In this document: one piece after another, positions 18,985 to 28,966 of the stretch | How the letters are laid out: each line of letters begins with the position of its first letter | How positions within the stretch are numbered: position 1 is the first letter of the stretch | Source: Alphaproteobacteria bacterium | GTDB taxonomy: Bacteria > Pseudomonadota > Alphaproteobacteria > SP197 | Length of the DNA stretch: 64,000 bases | Assembly (NCBI GenBank): GCA_965228895.1 | Contig: OZ245842.1 | Span: forward strand, 5,120,001-5,184,000 | Reading direction: 5' to 3' | Notes under the pieces: model-generated | What the model saw: the letters and a program-made list of their open reading frames with translations, nothing else | Database searches by the model: none | What the model was told of the DNA's origin: nothing | Program-made: the position numbers and the translations under genes

Positions 18985-19186
18985 CGGCAGGAAATCCGTT
19001 AGTCGCACACAAGCAGGTGTCGCGGCGCACGGGCATGATGACGTGACGCCGTCCCGCGATCCTAGATCGGCGCACGCCCGGCGCCGACCAGAATCTTGAT
19101 ACCGCGGTGAGATCGCGCTGGATCAACAACATCGCGCAGCCATAATATCAAAAGAGAAATCTTTCTAATTTGGGGATGTCAGACCC

Positions 19187-19891
19187 ATGACCAAGATCTG
19201 TCACGGCACGATTGTGATCGCCGGCGCCAGCAGCGGCATCGGCGGCGAGGTCGCCAAGGCGCTGGCGCCGCGAACTAGGCGTTTGATCGGCGTTGCGCGT
19301 CGCCCGGCTCTGGCAGGTGAGGCGATCGAAGCGGACCTGACCAGCGCACAAGGCATTGCGCATGTCACCGAGGCGGTGGGCGAAAGCGCCCTCGATGCCT
19401 TGCTCTATCTGGGCGGCACCTGGGAACAGGATGCCTTCACCGATGCTTACGATTTTGCCACCTGCGCGGACGAAGAGATGACGCGTGTTCTCAACGTCAA
19501 CCTGCTGGCGCCGATCCGGCTGACCCAGGCGTTGCTGCCGGCCTTGCGCCGGTCCGACAACCCCAAGATCGTCTTCATGGGCGCGCTGTCGGGCCTCGAC
19601 AACTTCCCGGGCCGGGAAGTGGCAAATTCAGCCTCCAAATTCGGCCTGCGCGGCGCCGTCCACGCCTTGCGCGAAAGCCTGCGCACCGAGCGCATCGGCG
19701 TCACCGTTATCAATCCCGGCTATGTCGGCACGCCCCATGTGCTGGCGGAACTGGAACGCGACGGCACGTCGCCGGGCGAAGCGATACCGATGACCGACAT
19801 GATGGCGATCATCGAATGTGTCCTCAGTGTCTCGCGCTCCACCTGTATCAAGGAGATCCAGGTTCCGGCCATGGCCGATCACGGGGCGTGA
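19187..19891 (+). CDS. Short-chain dehydrogenase/reductase with atypical active site
   Basis: GASSGIG, NVNL, NSASKFGL (YxxxK Tyr replaced by Asn), INPGYV. Confidence 0.8.
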   Translation: MTKICHGTIVIAGASSGIGGEVAKALAPRTRRLIGVARRPALAGEAIEADLTSAQGIAHVTEAVGESALDALLYLGGTWEQDAFTDAYDFATCADEEMTRVLNVNLLAPIRLTQALLPALRRSDNPKIVFMGALSGLDNFPGREVANSASKFGLRGAVHALRESLRTERIGVTVINPGYVGTPHVLAELERDGTSPGEAIPMTDMMAIIECVLSVSRSTCIKEIQVPAMADHGA

Positions 19892-19964
19892 AGACGTCGG
19901 TTCCGGTAAAGACTTGTCACAGGCGCGTGGTTACTGCTGCATGGAAGTAGGACCGTCACCATCC

Positions 19965-20103
19965 TAGAGCAGATCCCACTTGGGTTGAATCGCTAGGCGA
20001 TCCAAACCAAGTGGGTGAATCTGCTCTAACTATTTGATGTAGAGCGGATTCACGCGCCCAGATAGAACCGCTTGGCGTTTTTATCTGGGCGCGATCCGCT
20101 CTA
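19965..20103. repeat. ~138-bp double-hairpin intergenic repeat, copy 1 (CIR/RIME/MITE-like)
   Basis: TAGAGCAGATC...GTGAATCTGCTCT-spacer-AGAGCGGATTCAC...GATCCGCTCTA; GANTC at 19987, 20017, 20047. Confidence 0.9.
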
Positions 20104-20178
20104 AGATGAAGGCGGGAGGCAGCCGACAGCACAAGTTGGCCCTGCCGCAGGATAAGGGCGCACAGGAAGGGGCACACC

Positions 20179-23100
20179 ATGCGCAGACCTGGACAGCAAT
20201 TTGTCGATGAGGCCGTCGACGCGATCATCGCGTTGATCAAGGAACGGTTTCCCGAGGGCGATGCGGCGCAACTGATCAGCCTGGCGCGCGGCTACTTCAA
20301 GGACGCGGTCCTGGAGGATATCGAGGGGCAGTCGGTCGAGAACCTGTTCGGCGCCGTCGCGTCGCTGTGGCAGTTCAGCCGCTCGCGCAAGCCCAGCGAG
20401 CCGAAGATCCGGGCCTACAACCCCAGACTTGAGGAACACGGCTGGCAGACAACCCACACGGCGATCGAAATCGTCAACGACGATATGCCGTTCCTGGTCG
20501 ATTCGGTGGTCTCGGCGCTCAACGTGATGGAACTGACCGTCCACATGATGATTCATCCGATCATCCGGGTCAGTCGCGACGCCAAGGGCATGAGCCAGGC
20601 GATGTGCCCCATCTATGAAGTGCTTGATGATTCGTCGCCGGAGTCGTTCCTGCATGTCGAGGTGACGCAGCAGCCGACCCAGGAAGCACTCGACGCCATC
20701 GAACGACGCATCGCCGAGGTGTTGGCAAGTGTCCGTGCGGCGGTCGAGGACTGGCGCCCCATGATTGCCCGGCTGGACGATGCGCTGGCAGAACTGTCGT
20801 CGTCACCGCCGCCGATTCCCGCCGATCAGTTGGAGGAAGGCAAGGCGTTTCTGGAGTGGCTGCGCGACAACCAATTCACGTTCCTGGGCTATCGCGAATA
20901 CACCTATGAACATCGCGGCGGCAAGACCTATGCCCGCGCCGGCGAGGATGCGGGACTCGGCATTCTGCGCGAGATCTCAGCGGAGAGCCGTGCGCGCTAC
21001 GAAGAGTCATTGCCGGAGAACTATGCCGCCTACCTCGAGCGCAAGGAGCTCTTTATCATCTCCAAAGCGTGGACCCGTTCCGACGTGCATCGGCCGGTCT
21101 ACATGGATTACATCGGCGTGCGCCGGTTCGACGATAAGGGTGAGGTCGTTGGCGAGCGGCGTTATCTCGGTCTCCTGACCTCAGCCGCCTACAACACCAG
21201 CCCGCGCGACATTCCGCTCCTGCGCCGCAAGGTCAACGCGGTCATCGAACGTTCGGGCTATGGCAGCAACAGCCATAACGGCAAGGCGCTGTTGAACATC
21301 CTGGAGACGTTTCCGCGCGACGAGCTGTTCCAGATCGATGACGAGACGCTGGAGGTGTTCGCCCACAGCATTCTGCAGTTGGAACACCGCCAGCGCATCC
21401 GTCTGTTCATGCGCCAGGACAGCTACGCCGAGTTCTATTCGTGCCTGATCTATATCCCGCGCGACCGTTATGACACCGATCTGCGTCATCGCATGGAGGC
21501 GATCCTGCTGGAGACGCTGGGCGGCACGTCGGTCGAGGTCAGCACCCAGTTTTCCGAAGCGCCGATGGCGCGCGCGCATCTGATTGTGCACACGCCCGGC
21601 GGTGGCGAACCAACGGAAACGGTCGAGGAAATCGAGCGCCGGTTGGTTCTGGCGTCACGCAGCTGGGATGACGATCTTCACGACGCGCTGATCGAAGTGT
21701 TCGGCGAGGCCAAAGGCGCGGTCCTGTTCCACCAGTACGCCGCTGGTATTCCGTCGGGTTACAAGAGCGCGTTCAGCGCCCGTCTGGCGGTCGCCGATAT
21801 CGAGCGCATGGAAGGCATGGGCGATGCCGGCATTGCCATGAACCTCTATCGCCGCGTCGATGCGCCCGACGGCATGTTGAACTTCAAGGTCTATCGCCAC
21901 GGCGATCCGGTGCCGCTCTCCGACATCCTGCCGATGCTCGAACACATGGGACTGATCGTGAACGAGGAATCGCCGTTCGAGATCCATCCCAAGAACACCG
22001 ACGACTCAATCTGGATCCACGACTTCCACGTCCGGCCCGAATACGACTGGGACATCGATGTCTCGGAAGTGCGCAGCCGGTTTCACGAGACGTTCGCGCG
22101 GGTTTGGTCGGGCGAGGTGGAGAACGACAACTTCAACGACCTCGTTCTGGCCGGTTTCTCATGGCGCGAGGTCGTCGTGCTGCGCGCCTATGCCAAGTAC
22201 ATGAACCAGGCCAACGTGCCGTTCAGCCAGTCCTATATCGAACAAACGCTGTCGGCCAACCCTGAGCTGGCGCGCAAGCTGGTCAGCCTGTTCCTGCTGA
22301 AGTTCGATCCGGACGACCGAGCGGACGTCGAGGCACGCATGGCGGACCTGATCGCCGAGATCGAGCACGGCCTTGAAGCCGTCGCGGTACTCGATCAGGA
22401 CCGCATTATCCGCAAGTTCCTGAACCTTATTCAGGCGAGCTTGCGGACAAACTATTTCCAGGTCACCGAAACGGGCAATCCGAAGGCCTACGTCTCGTTC
22501 AAGCTTGATTCCGGCATGATCGAAGACCTGCCCGAGCCCAGACCGTGGCGCGAGATCTTCGTCTATTCGTCGCGTGTCGAGGCCGTCCACTTGCGTGGCG
22601 GACCGGTTGCGCGCGGCGGTATACGCTGGTCGGACCGGCGCGAAGATTTCCGCACCGAGATCCTGGGATTGGTCAAAGCCCAGCAGGTCAAGAACGCGGT
22701 GATCGTGCCGGTCGGCGCCAAGGGCGGCTTTGTCGTCAAGAAACCGCCGACCGAGGGTGGCCGCGACGCCCAGCTTGCCGAGGGTATCGCCTGCTACAAG
22801 ACGTTGATGACGGGCATGCTGGACATCACCGACAACTATGCTGGCGGTGACGTCGTGCAACGTGATCGTGTCGTCCGCTACGATGGCGACGATCCCTATC
22901 TTGTCGTCGCCGCCGACAAGGGCACGGCAACCTTCTCCGACATCGCCAACGAAATCGCCGTCGACTATGGCCACTGGCTGGGCGACGCGTTTGCCAGTGG
23001 CGGCTCCGCCGGCTACGACCACAAGGGTATGGGCATCACCGCGCGCGGCGCCTGGGTCGCCGTACAGCGCCATTTCCGCGAGCTCGGCAAGGACATCCAG

Positions 23101-25005
23101 AACGAGGACTTCACGGTGGTCGGTGTCGGCGACATGGGCGGCGACGTGTTCGGCAACGGCATGCTGCTGTCCAAACACATCAAACTGGTCGGCGCCTTCA
23201 ACCATCTGCACATCTTCGTCGATCCCGACCCCGACCCGGCCAAGAGTTTCAAGGAGCGCGAACGCATGTTCGCCCTGCCGCGGTCGTCGTGGACCGACTA
23301 TGACAGCAAGGTGTTGTCAAAGGGCGCGGGCATCTTCGAGCGCAGTGCGAAGTCGATCGAGCTGACACCGGAGATTCAAGAACGGTTTGCCATCAAGGAA
23401 AAGAAAGTCACGCCGAACGCGTTAATCCGCGCCATGTTGGGCGCCGGTATCGACCTGTTCTATCACGGCGGTATCGGCACTTACGTCAAATCGTCCGATG
23501 AGACCAACGCCGAAGTAGGTGACCGGGCCAACGACGCTCTCAGGCTCGATGGCCGCGATCTCAAGTGCAAGGTGATCGGTGAAGGCGGCAATCTCGGTGT
23601 CACTCAGCTTGGCCGTATCGAGTACGCCTTGGCCGGCGGTAAGATCAACACAGACGCGATCGATAACTCGGCCGGCGTCGACTGTTCCGACCACGAGGTC
23701 AACATCAAGATCCTGCTGGGTGACGTCGTCAGCTCCGGCGACATGACCGTCAAGCAGCGCGATTCCCTGTTGGCCGACATGACAGACGAAGTCGCGGATC
23801 TGGTGCTGCGCGACAATTACCTTCAGACACAGGCCTTAACGGTGATTGAGCATGTGTCGCAGTCATTCATGGACGAACAGGTGCGCTTCATGCAGGTCTT
23901 GAGCAACAAAGGTCTGCTTGATCGGCATATCGAGTTCCTGCCCGATGACGAAGAGCTTGCAGACTGGAAGACCCAGCGACGCCAGTTCACGCGGCCCGAA
24001 CTTTCGGTGCTGTTTGCGTACGCCAAGATGGATCTCTACGACTCATTGCTTGAGTCCGATCTGCCGGACGACGATTACCTGATCGACGATCTCGTCCGCT
24101 ATTTCCCCAGTCCGCTTCAGAAACAATTCCGTGAGCGTATCCTGGCGCACAGGTTGCGGCGTGAGATCATCGCCACATCGGTCACCAACAGCATTGTCAA
24201 TCGTGTCGGGATGAGTTTCGTCGACCGTCTTGCCGACGAGACCGGCCTCACGCCGACCGACGTGGCGCGTGCTTATGCGGTGGTGCGCGAGGCGTTCAGT
24301 CTGCGTGATATCTGGACCGCCATCGAAGCGCTTGACAACAAGGTGCCGACGGCAACCCAAACCGACATGCTGATGGAAACCGGTCTTCTAATCGACCGCG
24401 TGACCTCGTGGTTCCTGCGCAACACCAAATCACCCTTGGCTATCGAGGATACGATCCGCGCTTTCAAACCGGCGATCGCGGCGCTGAGCGACAAGCTCAT
24501 GGTGCTGGTCGGTAAGGCGCGAAAGGGTTCGATCGATCGCGCCGCACAGCGGTTTGTCAAACAAGGCGTACCGAAGAACCTCGCCCTCACGGTCGCCCGG
24601 CTCAGAACGTTGGGCGCCGGGTGCGACATCGTTGAAACAGCGCGCGTTTTGAATCTGGATGTGATCGATGTCGGCACGGTCTTCTTCGATGTCGGCGAAC
24701 AGTTCGGCACGCACTGGCTGCGCGACAACGTGACGCGCTTGACCATTGAAGACCGGTGGGACCGGCTGGCATCACAAGCCCTGGTCGAAGACAGCTTCTT
24801 GCAGCAGCGCGCCTTGACCGCGCGGATCCTGCAGTCGGCGAACGGTGTTAAGGCAAACAAGGCTGTCGATGCCTGGATCGCTGACAACCAGCCGTTGGTG
24901 ACACGGTCGAGTTCGGTGATCAACGATCTCAAGATGGCCGGAACGATCGACCTCGCCATGCTGACGGTAGCAAGCCGTTCGCTGAAGGTGCTGACCGGCG
25001 GGTGA
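20179..25005 (+). CDS. gdhB: Large NAD-specific glutamate dehydrogenase (GdhB/GdhZ type)
   Basis: 1608 aa; DDMPFLVDS, HLRGGPVARGGIRWSDR, VKNAVIVPVGAKGGF, DPYLVVAADKGTATFSD, GDMGGDVFGNG, DNSAGVDCSDHEVNIKI. Confidence 0.95.
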   Translation: MRRPGQQFVDEAVDAIIALIKERFPEGDAAQLISLARGYFKDAVLEDIEGQSVENLFGAVASLWQFSRSRKPSEPKIRAYNPRLEEHGWQTTHTAIEIVNDDMPFLVDSVVSALNVMELTVHMMIHPIIRVSRDAKGMSQAMCPIYEVLDDSSPESFLHVEVTQQPTQEALDAIERRIAEVLASVRAAVEDWRPMIARLDDALAELSSSPPPIPADQLEEGKAFLEWLRDNQFTFLGYREYTYEHRGGKTYARAGEDAGLGILREISAESRARYEESLPENYAAYLERKELFIISKAWTRSDVHRPVYMDYIGVRRFDDKGEVVGERRYLGLLTSAAYNTSPRDIPLLRRKVNAVIERSGYGSNSHNGKALLNILETFPRDELFQIDDETLEVFAHSILQLEHRQRIRLFMRQDSYAEFYSCLIYIPRDRYDTDLRHRMEAILLETLGGTSVEVSTQFSEAPMARAHLIVHTPGGGEPTETVEEIERRLVLASRSWDDDLHDALIEVFGEAKGAVLFHQYAAGIPSGYKSAFSARLAVADIERMEGMGDAGIAMNLYRRVDAPDGMLNFKVYRHGDPVPLSDILPMLEHMGLIVNEESPFEIHPKNTDDSIWIHDFHVRPEYDWDIDVSEVRSRFHETFARVWSGEVENDNFNDLVLAGFSWREVVVLRAYAKYMNQANVPFSQSYIEQTLSANPELARKLVSLFLLKFDPDDRADVEARMADLIAEIEHGLEAVAVLDQDRIIRKFLNLIQASLRTNYFQVTETGNPKAYVSFKLDSGMIEDLPEPRPWREIFVYSSRVEAVHLRGGPVARGGIRWSDRREDFRTEILGLVKAQQVKNAVIVPVGAKGGFVVKKPPTEGGRDAQLAEGIACYKTLMTGMLDITDNYAGGDVVQRDRVVRYDGDDPYLVVAADKGTATFSDIANEIAVDYGHWLGDAFASGGSAGYDHKGMGITARGAWVAVQRHFRELGKDIQNEDFTVVGVGDMGGDVFGNGMLLSKHIKLVGAFNHLHIFVDPDPDPAKSFKERERMFALPRSSWTDYDSKVLSKGAGIFERSAKSIELTPEIQERFAIKEKKVTPNALIRAMLGAGIDLFYHGGIGTYVKSSDETNAEVGDRANDALRLDGRDLKCKVIGEGGNLGVTQLGRIEYALAGGKINTDAIDNSAGVDCSDHEVNIKILLGDVVSSGDMTVKQRDSLLADMTDEVADLVLRDNYLQTQALTVIEHVSQSFMDEQVRFMQVLSNKGLLDRHIEFLPDDEELADWKTQRRQFTRPELSVLFAYAKMDLYDSLLESDLPDDDYLIDDLVRYFPSPLQKQFRERILAHRLRREIIATSVTNSIVNRVGMSFVDRLADETGLTPTDVARAYAVVREAFSLRDIWTAIEALDNKVPTATQTDMLMETGLLIDRVTSWFLRNTKSPLAIEDTIRAFKPAIAALSDKLMVLVGKARKGSIDRAAQRFVKQGVPKNLALTVARLRTLGAGCDIVETARVLNLDVIDVGTVFFDVGEQFGTHWLRDNVTRLTIEDRWDRLASQALVEDSFLQQRALTARILQSANGVKANKAVDAWIADNQPLVTRSSSVINDLKMAGTIDLAMLTVASRSLKVLTGG

Positions 25006-26300
25006 GCGACACAAGCGAAACGCCACCCGACCGGCCGCGAGGCGGCAGGCTTAGTCTCTATTCATGGTGCCTGTTCGACTGGGCGAACTCACCGGTTCCC
25101 ACGGTCGTCATCACGTTCGTCTTCGCGGCCTATTTCGCGCGCGGTATCGTCGGCGATGAGGTCGAAGGCACGGCCCTGTGGAGCTGGGGTCTGGCCGCCA
25201 GCGCCATCATTGTCGCGCTGTTGTCGCCGATTGTCGGCGCTATCGCCGATGCCGGCGGGCGGCGCAAACCGTGGATCTTTTTCTTCACCCTCATCACCCT
25301 GGTTTCGACCACCTTGCTGTGGTTTGCCGAGCCGGATCCAAGCTGGACCTTCTACGCCCTGGTCATGGTCGCCCTGGTCAACATCGGGTTCGAGGTCGGC
25401 ACGGTCTTCTATAACGCCATGCTGCCGGATTTGGCGAAACCCGAACGTATCGGGCGGATCTCAGGCTGGGCCTGGGCGATGGGGTATGCGGGTGGTTTGG
25501 CCTGTCTGATCCTGGTGCTGTTCGGCTTGATCGAAGCCAATCCGCCGCCGTTCGGTCTGGATGAATCGAATGCCGAAGATGTTCGCGCCGCCATGCCGCT
25601 CCTGGCGATTTGGCTCGTCGCCTTCGGCTGGCCGCTGTTTGCGTTTACCCAAGACCGGCCGACCGCGGGCCTGGGCCGCATCGAAGCGGTGCGCGCTGGC
25701 CTGAAAAGGCTCATCACCACGATCAAGGAACTCAAGCGTCACCGCACGATCGTTCATTTTCTGATCGCGCGCCTGTTCTATATCGACGGGCTCAACACCT
25801 TGTTCGCATTGGGCGGCGTTTACGCGGCGACCGCCTTCGCCATGAACGAGAAAGAGGTCATCCAGTTCGCCATCGCGCTCAACGTAACCGCCGGTCTTGG
25901 CGCGTTCGGCTTTGCCTGGATCGACGACCTGTTGGGTGCGAAGAAAACGCTGATCATCTCCATCGTCGCGCTCGCCATTCTGGGAACTGCCATTCTCTTG
26001 GTCCACGACGTCATGTGGTTCTGGATTCTCGGCATCATGCTCGGCACTTTTGTCGGCCCGACCCAGTCGGCCAGCCGCTCGATGATGGCGCGCCTCGCGC
26101 CGCCGGAACTGACCGGCGAGATGTTTGGCCTGTTCGCGCTGTCGGGCCGTATCACGTCGTTTCTCGGCCCGCTTCTGGTCGGCATCGTCGCCGTCGTGAC
26201 AGACAGCCAGCGCATCGGCATGGCCGTCATCGTCGTCTTCCTGGTCGTTGGCCTGGTGATCTTGCTACCGCTGAAAGATTCCGGCCGGTCCATGCGCTAG
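25002..26300 (+). CDS. MFS transporter (UMF1/Atg22-like)
   Basis: SWCLFDWANS, GAIADAGGRRK, FYNAMLP, GRISGWAWAMGY, SASRS, FGLFALSGR; many TM segments. Confidence 0.88.
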   Translation: MSDTSETPPDRPRGGRLSLYSWCLFDWANSPVPTVVITFVFAAYFARGIVGDEVEGTALWSWGLAASAIIVALLSPIVGAIADAGGRRKPWIFFFTLITLVSTTLLWFAEPDPSWTFYALVMVALVNIGFEVGTVFYNAMLPDLAKPERIGRISGWAWAMGYAGGLACLILVLFGLIEANPPPFGLDESNAEDVRAAMPLLAIWLVAFGWPLFAFTQDRPTAGLGRIEAVRAGLKRLITTIKELKRHRTIVHFLIARLFYIDGLNTLFALGGVYAATAFAMNEKEVIQFAIALNVTAGLGAFGFAWIDDLLGAKKTLIISIVALAILGTAILLVHDVMWFWILGIMLGTFVGPTQSASRSMMARLAPPELTGEMFGLFALSGRITSFLGPLLVGIVAVVTDSQRIGMAVIVVFLVVGLVILLPLKDSGRSMR

Positions 26301-26435
26301 AGCGGATCATGGTGAGATGGGATCGCTTGACGGTCCCATCTCACCATGTGAATCCGCTCTTTATCGATGAGTAGAGCAGATTCACCTGTCTTGATGTCAT
26401 CGCGAAGCGATTCCATCAAAACAGGATCTGCTCTA
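26298..26435. repeat. ~138-bp double-hairpin repeat, copy 2 (inverted relative to copies 1 and 3)
   Basis: CTAGAGCGGATC...GTGAATCCGCTCT-spacer-AGAGCAGATTCAC...GATCTGCTCTAG; its first TAG is the MFS stop codon. Confidence 0.9.
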
Positions 26436-26456
26436 GTGGCTTATCTTGACGTCTGC

Positions 26457-26560
26457 GCCGGCCCACTCCCCCGCCCGGCCACCCATGGCAGCATCCTCGG
26501 GGTGGCTTCGGCGAAAACGCCTCTCGGCGTTTTGCCCCGGGGGAGGGGGAGAGGGCTGGC
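26457..26560. repeat. GC-rich branched palindrome between convergent genes
   Basis: GCCGGCCCACTCCCCC...GGGGGAGAGGGCTGGC outer stem enclosing GCCACCC/GGGTGGC and GGCGAAAACGC/GCGTTTTGCC hairpins. Confidence 0.55.
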
Positions 26561-26584
26561 ACCGGCAGCCAAACAAAATCGCCC

Positions 26585-27250
26585 CTAATCGTCATCAACC
26601 TCGGGCACGGCGACGGCGGGCGCGACCGTGGCGTCGTTCAGAGGCAGTTTGCCCGGATGATGCCAGCCGGGCAGCATCGCCATGCGGCCCGACCATTCGA
26701 GAACATTGCGCCAGGACTTCAGGTCAATCTCGGCTTCGTCCGCCAGATAGATGTACCCGCACGCCGACATGTCGGCGATGGTCGGCTGATCGCCGGCCAG
26801 CCACGGACTGACCGCCAGATGGTTGTCGACGAGATCGAGCGCGCTTCGTGCGCGCGTTTGATAGAAGTCGATGACATCCGGCTTGAACCCGGCAAAGCGG
26901 ATGCCGAAGCGAGCGAGCGCCAGGCCGTTGGTCAGCTTGTTCGATGACCACACCATCCAGGCCTGGGCGCGGTGCTTTTCCTCCTCATCGCGGCCGCCGA
27001 ACTGACCGATATCATCGGCCAGGTAACGCAGGATGGCGTCGGACTGGGTGAACACACGGTCACCATGGACGAGAACCGGTACTTCCTGAAACGGGTTGAG
27101 CGCCGTGAAGTCCTCTGATTTGGTTTCACCGGCGAAGATGTCGACATGTTTGTAACGGTAGGCGTGGCCGGTCAGCGCAAAGTAGAGCGCGACCTTATAG
27201 ACATTGCCGGAAGCGTGGTGGCCATAGAGCGTGTAGTCGGATGCTGTCAT
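26585..27250 (-). CDS. Glutathione S-transferase family protein
   Basis: SGNVYKV, LNPFQEVPVL, QSDAILRYLA, WLAGDQPTIAD. Confidence 0.9.
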   Translation of the reverse strand: MTASDYTLYGHHASGNVYKVALYFALTGHAYRYKHVDIFAGETKSEDFTALNPFQEVPVLVHGDRVFTQSDAILRYLADDIGQFGGRDEEEKHRAQAWMVWSSNKLTNGLALARFGIRFAGFKPDVIDFYQTRARSALDLVDNHLAVSPWLAGDQPTIADMSACGYIYLADEAEIDLKSWRNVLEWSGRMAMLPGWHHPGKLPLNDATVAPAVAVPEVDDD

Positions 27251-27261
27251 GGCAAGCTTCT

Positions 27262-28818
27262 CTAGTGTCGAAAATGGCGCATGCCTGTCAGGACCATCGC
27301 CATGCCGCGCGCATCGCCGGCAGCGATAACCTCGTCGTCGCGCATCGACCCGCCGGGTTGAATGGCGGCTGTCGCGCCACCGTCGGCGGCCGCCAGCAGG
27401 CCGTCGGCGAACGGAAAGAAAGCGTCGGACGCGACCACGCTGCCTTCGATCGACAGACCGGCGTCGTCGGCCTTGCGCCGGGCGATGCGCGCGCTGTCGA
27501 CGCGGCTCATCTGGCCGGCGCCGATGCCAACCGTGGCGCCATCCTTGGCGTAGACAATGGCGTTCGACTTGACGTGTTTGGCGACGCGAAACGCAAACAG
27601 CATGTCGGTCAGCTCATCGGCGCTGGGCGCCCGTTGGCTGACCGTCTTCAAGTCGTCGGCGGATAGGCAGCCGTTGTCGCGCGTCTGGACCAGAAGGCCG
27701 CCGGCCAGCGAGCGCACGGTCAGACCGGTCTCACTGGGATCGGGCAGGTCGTCGGTCAGCAAAAGGCGCAGGTTTTTCTTGGCGGCGAAAACGTCAAGCG
27801 CGTTGTCGTCGGCGCCTGGCGCAATCACGACTTCCGTGAAGACCTCGGTGATCGCCTCCGCTGTCGCCCGGTCGAGCACGCGGTTCACCGCGACGATGCC
27901 GCCAAAAGCGCTGACGGGATCGCAGGCGAGCGCTTTCTTATGAGCCTCCGCGAGCGAGGCCGCGATGGCGACACCGCAAGGATTGGCGTGCTTGATGATG
28001 GCGACGGCAGGATCGGAAAACTCGGCGACCAGTTCATAGGCCGCGTCGGTATCGTTCAGATTGTTGAAACTAAGCGCCTTGCCCTGGACCTGGCGCGCCG
28101 TCGCGATGCCGGGCCGCGCGGAGCCGTCCGTATAAAACGCGGCGGCCTGATGCGGGTTTTCGCCATAGCGCAAGGTCTCTTCCAGCGCGCCGGCAAAGCC
28201 GATCCGGCGGGGGAAACCCTCACCCTCTTCGCGCTCGAACCAACGCGCAATGGCGGTGTCGTAAGCGCCGGTCCGGGCATAGGCGATCGCCGCCAAACGC
28301 CGGCGCAGCGCCAGCGACGTCGCGCCGTTGTTTGACGTGAGCTCGGCCAAGACGGCGGCATAATCGGCGGTGTCGACGACCACCGTGACGAAGGCATGGT
28401 TTTTCGCAGCCGATCGGATCATGGCGGGGCCGCCGATGTCGATGTTCTCGATGGTCGTGTCCCAATCGGCGCCCGACGCCACGGTCGCCTCGAACGGATA
28501 GAGGTTGACCACCACCATGTCGATCGCCGCGATGTCATGTTCGGCCATCGCGGCGAGATGGTCGTCCAGATCGCGCCTGGCCAGGATGCCGCCATGGACG
28601 TTGGGATGCAGGGTCTTGACCCGGCCGTCCATCATCTCCGGGAAACCCGTCAGTGCGGCCACCTCGGTGACGGCCAACCCGGCGTCGGCAATGGCGCGCG
28701 CGGTGCCACCGGTCGACACCAACTCGACGCCCAACCCGGCGAGCGCGCGGGCGAAATCGACCAGACCGGTCTTGTCGGAAACGGAAAGCAGGGCGCGGGT
28801 GATTTTGACGTCGCTCAT
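27262..28818 (-). CDS. purH: Bifunctional AICAR transformylase/IMP cyclohydrolase
   Basis: [77 protein letters not shown]. Confidence 0.98.
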   Translation of the reverse strand: MSDVKITRALLSVSDKTGLVDFARALAGLGVELVSTGGTARAIADAGLAVTEVAALTGFPEMMDGRVKTLHPNVHGGILARRDLDDHLAAMAEHDIAAIDMVVVNLYPFEATVASGADWDTTIENIDIGGPAMIRSAAKNHAFVTVVVDTADYAAVLAELTSNNGATSLALRRRLAAIAYARTGAYDTAIARWFEREEGEGFPRRIGFAGALEETLRYGENPHQAAAFYTDGSARPGIATARQVQGKALSFNNLNDTDAAYELVAEFSDPAVAIIKHANPCGVAIAASLAEAHKKALACDPVSAFGGIVAVNRVLDRATAEAITEVFTEVVIAPGADDNALDVFAAKKNLRLLLTDDLPDPSETGLTVRSLAGGLLVQTRDNGCLSADDLKTVSQRAPSADELTDMLFAFRVAKHVKSNAIVYAKDGATVGIGAGQMSRVDSARIARRKADDAGLSIEGSVVASDAFFPFADGLLAAADGGATAAIQPGGSMRDDEVIAAGDARGMAMVLTGMRHFRH

Positions 28819-28966
28819 CCGGCGTGTGGTTCCTCTTGGTTCAAAGGCGGCGGTGTGCGCCTCTGATACCCGAGCCTACGCGCGATGCAACCCTTGGATC
28901 TTGCGATCTACTCCAAGCGGCAAACAAGTTGCGAGATGGATTGAAGCGTTTGTCGCCGGTTACGCC

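Noticed and set aside
27262-28818. purH as part of the C1/methylamine cluster
   Set aside because: Housekeeping gene 14 kb away and separated by unrelated genes.
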